Of a DNA stretch of 64,000 nt, positions 58,124 through 64,000 are shown piece after piece (position 1 is the first letter of the stretch; the number at the start of each line of letters is the position of its first letter). Below the pieces are notes generated by a model, which was not told where the DNA came from, ran no database searches, and saw nothing but the letters and a program-made list of their open reading frames with translations. Location: NCBI GenBank assembly GCA_029256085.1, contig JAQSYP010000003.1, positions 127,193-191,192 of the forward strand. The letters run 5' to 3'. Made by a program: the position numbers and the translations under genes. The DNA comes from Bacillales bacterium (GTDB taxonomy: Bacteria; Bacillota; Bacilli; CAJFEE01).

Positions 58124-59413
58124 GTGTTACGTAATAATCTGAAATTATTATTAAACCCAAACAATAAAATAGAATTCAAAAACAACAATGTTAATAACAA
58201 TTTTAATAATCTAATAATAGAAAAAGCGAGGCACGAGGGTTACTATACAGCAGCAGTTATTAATGGTGTTAAAAGTATTCAATTGTGCAGTAAATATAAT
58301 CCAGAACAAGAAGCAAAAAGATTTGTTCAAACAAATTATAAACAAATCAATGATGCAGAACGCATATTTATTTATGGTTTTGGTCTAGGTTACCATATTC
58401 TTGAGCTGGCAAAATATAATAAGGAATTAATTGTTATTGAATGTAATACAGCTGTCTTTAAAGATATTATAAGTGATATTGATTTTACTGAACTTTTTAG
58501 CAAAAAAAACGTAAAGTTTTTAATTAGTAGTAACATTTCTGATATTAAAGATATATTTGAGAGTATTGGAGAAAATACAGATTTATTCTTAGTGCATCAA
58601 CCATCGTTAGATATTATTCCAGATGACCTACAAGGACTGAAAATTACTATTAAGAATTACTCAATTAAAATAAATAATATAAGAAACAATAGTGAGTTGT
58701 TAATAAGTAATAGAAATATAAATTTGCAAAGAGATGAATTGAACTTCAGAAGTCTAAAGGGAATTTTTCAGGGTAGAGATGTTGTATTAGTTTCAGCAGG
58801 GCCTTCTTTGATTAATTCCCTTTCTCAGCTAAAAATAATGTCTAATAATGTTATAATATGTTGTGTAGGTAGAGCCCTAAAACCACTTTTGGATTATGGT
58901 ATAACTCCGGATGTGACTATGTTGGTTGATCCACATGATATTGTTAATGCGCAATTTGAAGGTATTGATAAAGTTCACACTTCTAAAATCAAACTATTTT
59001 ATAGCGAGAGCTCTTGCCCTAAAGTTATAGACAATTACTTTGGGGAAAAATATCTTGTAGATACGGTTGATTCAGGCGGCTCTGTAGCAACAACTTTTTT
59101 TAGTGCTCTTGCAGAGTTAAAAGTTAAAAGTATTGCATTAATAGGACAAGATTTGGCTTACTCGTATAACAAAACTCATATTGACAGTCAAGCATTGATT
59201 AATAAAAATAATCTGTTAGAAGTACCAGGTATAAATAACAATACAGTGTTGACGAGTTATAGCTTGAATATTTTCAAATTATGGTTTGAAGATAAAGCAA
59301 ATGAGTTAAAAGATTCAATCTCTTTATATAACTGCACTAATGAGGGTGCTTATATAAAGGGCTTTTTACATATTTCCATAGATGATTATTATACTTTTAT
59401 CAATATAAAATGA
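58124..59413 (+). CDS. Second Maf / DUF115 family protein (short paralogue)
   Basis: RDVVLVSAGPSLINSL and LIGQDLAYSYNKTH. GTG start after AAGGGA. Confidence 0.7.
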   Translation: MLRNNLKLLLNPNNKIEFKNNNVNNNFNNLIIEKARHEGYYTAAVINGVKSIQLCSKYNPEQEAKRFVQTNYKQINDAERIFIYGFGLGYHILELAKYNKELIVIECNTAVFKDIISDIDFTELFSKKNVKFLISSNISDIKDIFESIGENTDLFLVHQPSLDIIPDDLQGLKITIKNYSIKINNIRNNSELLISNRNINLQRDELNFRSLKGIFQGRDVVLVSAGPSLINSLSQLKIMSNNVIICCVGRALKPLLDYGITPDVTMLVDPHDIVNAQFEGIDKVHTSKIKLFYSESSCPKVIDNYFGEKYLVDTVDSGGSVATTFFSALAELKVKSIALIGQDLAYSYNKTHIDSQALINKNNLLEVPGINNNTVLTSYSLNIFKLWFEDKANELKDSISLYNCTNEGAYIKGFLHISIDDYYTFINIK

Positions 59414-59423
59414 GGTAGGCTAT

Positions 59424-60422
59424 ATGAAGAAAATATTAGTAACTGGTGCAGACGGTTTTATTGGATCGCATTTAACTGAAGAATTAGTACGTCAAGGGTA
59501 CAATGTAAAAGCTTTTACTTATTATAATTCGTTCAATAGTTGGGGTTGGTTGGACGACAGTCCTAAAGAAATTATAGACAATCTAGAAATTTTCTCAGGC
59601 GATATCAGGGATCCATATGGCGTTAAGCATGCAATGGTTGATTGCGATACTGTACTCCACTTGGCAGCACTTATTGCTATACCGTACTCATATCATTCGC
59701 CTGATACTTACATTGATACAAACGTTAAAGGAACATTAAATATCGTACAAGCTGCTAAAGAACTAGGTGTATCAAAAGTAGTTCATACATCTACAAGTGA
59801 AGTGTATGGTACTGCAAGATACGTACCAATTGATGAGAATCACCCTTTACAAGGTCAATCACCATACTCTGCAAGTAAAATTGGTTCTGACCAAATAGCT
59901 ATGTCTTTTTATAGCTCATTCGAAACCCCGGTTAGTATAATCAGGCCGTTTAACACTTACGGACCTCGACAATCCGCAAGAGCTGTAATTCCAACTATAA
60001 TAACTCAAATAGCAAATGGTGAACGTAGTATCAAACTAGGTGCTATTTCTCCTACGAGAGATTTTAACTATGTAAAGGATACTGTTTCGGGATTCATTGA
60101 AGTTGCTAAATCGGAAAAAGCTGTTGGAGAAGTAATCAATATCGGAAGTAATTTTGAAGTTTCAATCGGTGAAACAGCTTCAATCATTGCAGAAGTTATG
60201 GGTAAAGAAATAGAGATAATTACAGATGAAAACCGACTAAGACCGGAAAAAAGTGAAGTTGAACGTTTATGGGCGGATAATTCTAAAGCCGCTAGTATTT
60301 TAGATTGGCAACCAAGCTTCGGTGGAAAAGACGGCTTTAAAAAAGGTATTAAAGAAACAGCAGAATGGTTTGTACAAAAAGAAAACCTCAAAAAATATAA
60401 GAGTGGAATATATAACATATGA
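59424..60422 (+). CDS. NAD-dependent nucleotide-sugar 4,6-dehydratase, LegB-like
   Basis: ILVTGADGFIGSHL, TSTSEVYG and YSASKIGSD (SDR Tyr-Lys). It is the first gene of the nonulosonic acid cluster. Confidence 0.7.
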   Translation: MKKILVTGADGFIGSHLTEELVRQGYNVKAFTYYNSFNSWGWLDDSPKEIIDNLEIFSGDIRDPYGVKHAMVDCDTVLHLAALIAIPYSYHSPDTYIDTNVKGTLNIVQAAKELGVSKVVHTSTSEVYGTARYVPIDENHPLQGQSPYSASKIGSDQIAMSFYSSFETPVSIIRPFNTYGPRQSARAVIPTIITQIANGERSIKLGAISPTRDFNYVKDTVSGFIEVAKSEKAVGEVINIGSNFEVSIGETASIIAEVMGKEIEIITDENRLRPEKSEVERLWADNSKAASILDWQPSFGGKDGFKKGIKETAEWFVQKENLKKYKSGIYNI

Positions 60423-61594
60423 TGAAGCAAATAGACAATAAACTTCTGATTAGTAAAATTAGGTCTATAGTAAAGACAGATGAATTTATTGCACTACATG
60501 AACCAGTTTTTATGGGGAATGAGAAAAAATATGTTAATGAATGTATAGATACAGGTTGGGTTAGCTCAGTTGGTAAGTTTGTGAATCAATTTGAAGAACA
60601 ACTTGCTGATTTTGTTGGTGCCAAAAGGGCAGTAGCTGTAGTGAATGGAACTGCAGCATTACATATAGGATTAAAGATAGCTGGGGTAAATGTTAATGAT
60701 GAGGTTTTAATCCCGTCTTTAACATTCATAGCGACTGCTAATGCAGTAACATATTGTGGGGCTACTCCGCATTTTGTTGATATTGAGTTCAAGACATTAG
60801 GAATTGACCCAGAACAACTTGATAAATACTTAAGTGAAATTTCACATCTAAAAGATGGCTCTTGTATAAACAAGAATACTGGCAAGAGAATAAGTGCGAT
60901 AGTGCCAATGCACACATTTGGGCATCCAGTTGATTTGGACAAGCTTATTGAAGTTACTGAAAAATATAATATTACAATAGTTGAAGATGCAGCTGAATCT
61001 TTAGGTAGTTACTATAAAGGCAAACATACAGGTAATTTTGGAAAAGTATCTGCGTTTAGCTTTAATGGTAATAAGGTTATTACAACTGGTGGCGGAGGTG
61101 CCATAGTTACTAATGACGAAAAACTAGCAGATTTTGCAAAACATATTACAACAACTGCAAAGATACCTCACGCGTGGGAATTTGTTCATGACGATATTGG
61201 ATATAATTATAGAATGCCTAATATAAATGCTGCACTTGGGTGTGCCCAGTTAGAACAGCTCCCGTTATTTCTTGAACAAAAAAGGAAGTTGTCTGAGGCA
61301 TATTCAATTGAATTAGAGAATGTTAGTGGGATTAAATTTTTTACTGAACCCCATAATTCAAAATCTAATTACTGGCTAAATACTATTATTATTGAAGAAG
61401 ATTATTTGGCAGAACGAGATAACTTGCTGAAAGATTTAAATGATGCAGGTATTATGGCAAGACCTATTTGGAAATTAATGCATAAATTACCTATGTATAT
61501 GCATTGTCCAAGTATGAAATTGGACAATAGTATTAATCTAGAGAAAAGAGTAATTAATATACCAAGTGGTGCCAAATTAGGAGGGCAATCTTGA
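60419..61594 (+). CDS. DegT-family aminotransferase, LegC-like
   Basis: DTGWVSSVGKFV, VEDAAESLGS and FSFNGNKVITTGGGGAI. ATG overlaps the upstream stop (ATGA). Confidence 0.78.
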   Translation: MMKQIDNKLLISKIRSIVKTDEFIALHEPVFMGNEKKYVNECIDTGWVSSVGKFVNQFEEQLADFVGAKRAVAVVNGTAALHIGLKIAGVNVNDEVLIPSLTFIATANAVTYCGATPHFVDIEFKTLGIDPEQLDKYLSEISHLKDGSCINKNTGKRISAIVPMHTFGHPVDLDKLIEVTEKYNITIVEDAAESLGSYYKGKHTGNFGKVSAFSFNGNKVITTGGGGAIVTNDEKLADFAKHITTTAKIPHAWEFVHDDIGYNYRMPNINAALGCAQLEQLPLFLEQKRKLSEAYSIELENVSGIKFFTEPHNSKSNYWLNTIIIEEDYLAERDNLLKDLNDAGIMARPIWKLMHKLPMYMHCPSMKLDNSINLEKRVINIPSGAKLGGQS

Positions 61595-62757
61595 AGTATA
61601 AAATATGTGTAGTCACGGGAACTAGAGCTGAATACGGATTACTTAGTCCACTTTTAAAAGAGATAAAAGATAGTGGCTTCTTTGAACTTCAAATTGTTGT
61701 AACTGGTATGCACTTATCACCTGAATTCGGCTATACAATTACAGAAATTGAAAATGATGGATTCCAAATAGATGATCAGATTGAAATTTTATTATCAAGT
61801 GATACTTCAGTTGGAACATGTAAATCGGTTGGACTAGGTCTGATTAGTTTCGGTGAGACTTATAACAGATTAAAGCCAGATTTAATTATAGTACTCGGAG
61901 ATAGAACAGAAATATTTTCTGCGGTTCAAGCAGCCCTTTTTTCACATATCCCGATAGCACATCTCCATGGAGGAGAACTATCTTTTGGAGCATACGATGA
62001 TTCGATAAGACATTCTATTACAAAGATGTCTAATTTGCATTTTGTTGCACATGAAGAATATCAGAATAGGGTAATACAACTTGGAGAATCACCTGAAGTA
62101 GTATTTAATGTTGGTGCTATTGGTTTAGATAATATTAAAAAGCTCAACTTACTTTCAAAAGAAGAGTTAGAAACAGAATTGAATTTTAATTTTGGAGATC
62201 AGACATTCCTTGTCACATTACATCCTGAGACTAACAATATAGAAAATGTAGAAGATGTAGCTAGTAATTTACTTGCTGCATTGGACAATTTTCCAGACTC
62301 TAAAGTTATTTTCACAAAATCAAACTCTGATGAAGGTGGCAGAAAAATTAACACCTTATTTGAAAAATATTGTGAGCTTAACAAAAATAGAGCAGCAATT
62401 TTTACTTCGTTAGGACAGTTAAGATATTTAAGCGCAATTAAATATGTTGATGCTGTAATAGGGAATTCATCTAGTGGAATCATAGAAGTACCTCTATTTA
62501 AAAAACCGACAATAAATATAGGTAGTAGGCAAAACGGTAGACTTTATTCAGATACGATTATTCCAACAGAAGATGGCCAAACAGAAATTACATATGCAAT
62601 TGAAAAAGCCCTCTCAAGTGAGTTCTTAGGTAAAATTAAAGATACGAGAAGCTTATTTGGAGAAGGAGATACGGCAAAGAAAATCGTTGGAGTTTTAAAG
62701 GGAACAGACTTTAACAAAATTAAATTAAAAAAGTTTTACGACTTACCTAATAAATAA
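61591..62757 (+). CDS. neuC: UDP-N-acetylglucosamine 2-epimerase (hydrolysing), NeuC/LegG type
   Basis: KICVVTGTRAEYGLL, LGDRTE and IAHLHGGE. TTG start overlaps the upstream stop. Confidence 0.85.
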   Translation: MKYKICVVTGTRAEYGLLSPLLKEIKDSGFFELQIVVTGMHLSPEFGYTITEIENDGFQIDDQIEILLSSDTSVGTCKSVGLGLISFGETYNRLKPDLIIVLGDRTEIFSAVQAALFSHIPIAHLHGGELSFGAYDDSIRHSITKMSNLHFVAHEEYQNRVIQLGESPEVVFNVGAIGLDNIKKLNLLSKEELETELNFNFGDQTFLVTLHPETNNIENVEDVASNLLAALDNFPDSKVIFTKSNSDEGGRKINTLFEKYCELNKNRAAIFTSLGQLRYLSAIKYVDAVIGNSSSGIIEVPLFKKPTINIGSRQNGRLYSDTIIPTEDGQTEITYAIEKALSSEFLGKIKDTRSLFGEGDTAKKIVGVLKGTDFNKIKLKKFYDLPNK

Positions 62758-62771
62758 AAGGAGGTCAAAGG

Positions 62772-63851
62772 ATGAAAACTTTTATAATTGCAGAAGCAGG
62801 AGTAAACCATAACGGTTGTATTGAGACTGCAAAGAAGCTAGTCGATGTAGCTGTAAATGTAAAAGTAGATGCTGTAAAGTTTCAGTCATTTAAGGCGAGT
62901 AAGCTAGTATCTAAAAAGGCCGAAAAAGCTAAATATCAAATAGAAAATTCTTCTGAAAAAACTGAAACACAATTTGAAATGCTAAGTAAGTTAGAACTAT
63001 CTCGAGAAGAACAGCTTGAGTTATATAACTATTGTTTAAATAGTGGAATTTTATTTATGTCTACACCTTTTGACGAAGATAGTCTTACCACTCTTGTTAA
63101 CGAATGTAATTTGTCGATAATAAAGCTTTCTTCGGGTGACTTAACAAACGCACCACTTTTATTAAATGCTGCGCAGACCGGCAGAGATATAATTATCTCT
63201 ACAGGAATGAGTACACTTGAAGAAATTGAAAAAGCTCTTGCAGTGCTAGCCTATGGATATTCAAATCCTAGTAAAAAACCAAGTGGATTTGAAGAAGTGT
63301 GGAGAACATACTTAAATAATGAAAGCTATAACATTCTCAAGGATAAAGTGACTATTTTACATTGTACAACAGAATATCCCGCATCACCTAAAGATGTTAA
63401 TTTAAATGTATTATCTACTATACACTCTGCATTTGGATTGAAGGTTGGATTCTCAGATCATACAGAAGGAATTCACATACCAATAGCAGCAGTTGCAAAA
63501 GGTGCATCAGTTATAGAGAAGCATTTTACATTAGACAAGAGTATGCCAGGGCCAGACCATAAGGCATCACTTGAACCTAGTGAACTTGAAGCAATGGTCC
63601 ATGCAATTCGAGACATTGAAGTAGCATTAGGGACATCGAGGAAATTCCCTTCTCAAATAGAGTTGGAAAATAGTCTCGTGGCTAGGAAAAGCATAGTTGC
63701 AAAGTTAGAAATACAAGCAGGAACAATTTTCTCTGAAGATAACATAGAAATAAAAAGACCGGGTAACGGTATGTCACCATTTTATTATTGGGATTTAATA
63801 GGAAAGAAATCAAAAAATACTTATGATCTAGAAGGTAAAATAGATGAGTAA
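62772..63851 (+). CDS. neuB: Nonulosonic acid synthase, NeuB/LegI type
   Basis: FIIAEAGVNHNG, FSDHTEG and a C-terminal SAF-like segment (IEIKRPGNG). Confidence 0.9.
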   Translation: MKTFIIAEAGVNHNGCIETAKKLVDVAVNVKVDAVKFQSFKASKLVSKKAEKAKYQIENSSEKTETQFEMLSKLELSREEQLELYNYCLNSGILFMSTPFDEDSLTTLVNECNLSIIKLSSGDLTNAPLLLNAAQTGRDIIISTGMSTLEEIEKALAVLAYGYSNPSKKPSGFEEVWRTYLNNESYNILKDKVTILHCTTEYPASPKDVNLNVLSTIHSAFGLKVGFSDHTEGIHIPIAAVAKGASVIEKHFTLDKSMPGPDHKASLEPSELEAMVHAIRDIEVALGTSRKFPSQIELENSLVARKSIVAKLEIQAGTIFSEDNIEIKRPGNGMSPFYYWDLIGKKSKNTYDLEGKIDE

Positions 63852-64000
63852 TCCAGTAATATTAATCGGTGACGGAGGACATGCATCAGTTGTATACGAT
63901 TTATTAGAAACAATAGGTGAAAATGTAATAGGATATACGTCCCCCGAAAAAACAAATCGATTTGATACACTATCATATTTAGGGACTGACGAAGTTATAA
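63844..64000 (+). CDS. NeuD/PglD-family sugar N-acetyltransferase, N-terminal part (3' end outside the window)
   Basis: MSNPVILIGDGGHASVVYDLLETIGENVIGY is the typical NeuD/PglD N-terminal Rossmann-like start. ATG overlaps the neuB stop by 8 nt. Confidence 0.6.
   Translation, partial: MSNPVILIGDGGHASVVYDLLETIGENVIGYTSPEKTNRFDTLSYLGTDEVI

Noticed and set aside
61591-63851. Sialic acid (Neu5Ac) biosynthesis from the NeuC and NeuB genes
   Set aside because: They are co-operonic with a 4,6-dehydratase, an aminotransferase and a NeuD-like acetyltransferase, and they sit behind flagellin/Maf genes. This fits a diacetamido-nonulosonic (legionaminic-type) pathway better.
1-64000. Mobile elements, prophage, defence islands (restriction-modification, toxin-antitoxin, CBASS-like), and rRNA/tRNA genes
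   Set aside because: I recognised no integrase, transposase, recombinase, phage structural gene, methyltransferase, or cloverleaf/rRNA-like sequence. The only nuclease-related candidate is the single NERD gene, which is reported separately.

Overview
This is an AT-rich (about one-third G+C by eye) Bacillaceae-type chromosomal segment. It is almost fully coding, and only four genes lie on the minus strand. I saw no rRNA, tRNA, CRISPR array, transposase, integrase or phage gene.

The backbone follows the gene order I recall for Bacillus subtilis: gtaB, lytC, tua, tagO, tagV, yvyE, degS-degU, yviA, comF, yvyF-flgM-flgK-flgL, fliW-csrA, hag. Three glycan loci sit on this backbone:
- (1) nt 1-14413: a Wzx/Wzy capsule or EPS locus. 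It has a staphylococcal cap5/8-like D-FucNAc/L-FucNAc core (CapD/M/N/L plus FnlABC) and Ugd with a UDP-GlcA 4-epimerase.
- (2) nt 27443-41681: a teichuronic-acid-like (TuaB/E/F-like) locus split around tagO. Its nucleotide-sugar genes point to an acetamido-mannuronic acid. It is preceded by two autolysins with CWB2 (cell wall binding repeat 2, Pfam PF04122) repeats, and an LCP-family (LytR-CpsA-Psr) ligase gene converges on its end.
- (3) nt 56046-64000: a flagellin glycosylation island directly behind hag. It has two Maf (DUF115) paralogues, a small acidic ORF and a legionaminic-acid-type pathway (dehydratase, aminotransferase, NeuC, NeuB, NeuD-like).

No single feature is an unambiguous new system. 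The candidates most worth follow-up are:
- (a) A c-di-GMP module: a GGDEF cyclase next to an apparent operon of stand-alone CapA-family protein, HD-GYP phosphodiesterase and a cysteine-free ComFB-like protein. comFB is absent from the comFA-comFC operon.
- (b) A NERD (nuclease-related domain) gene whose stop overlaps the comFA start. It is preceded by five GATAGAA motifs spaced exactly 21 bp apart and bracketed by a 9-bp inverted repeat.
- (c) The dual-Maf island, which starts 15 nt after the hag terminator.
- (d) A GC-rich imperfect palindromic element at 41716-41839.

All functional calls rest on motifs and synteny read by eye. No database search was run.
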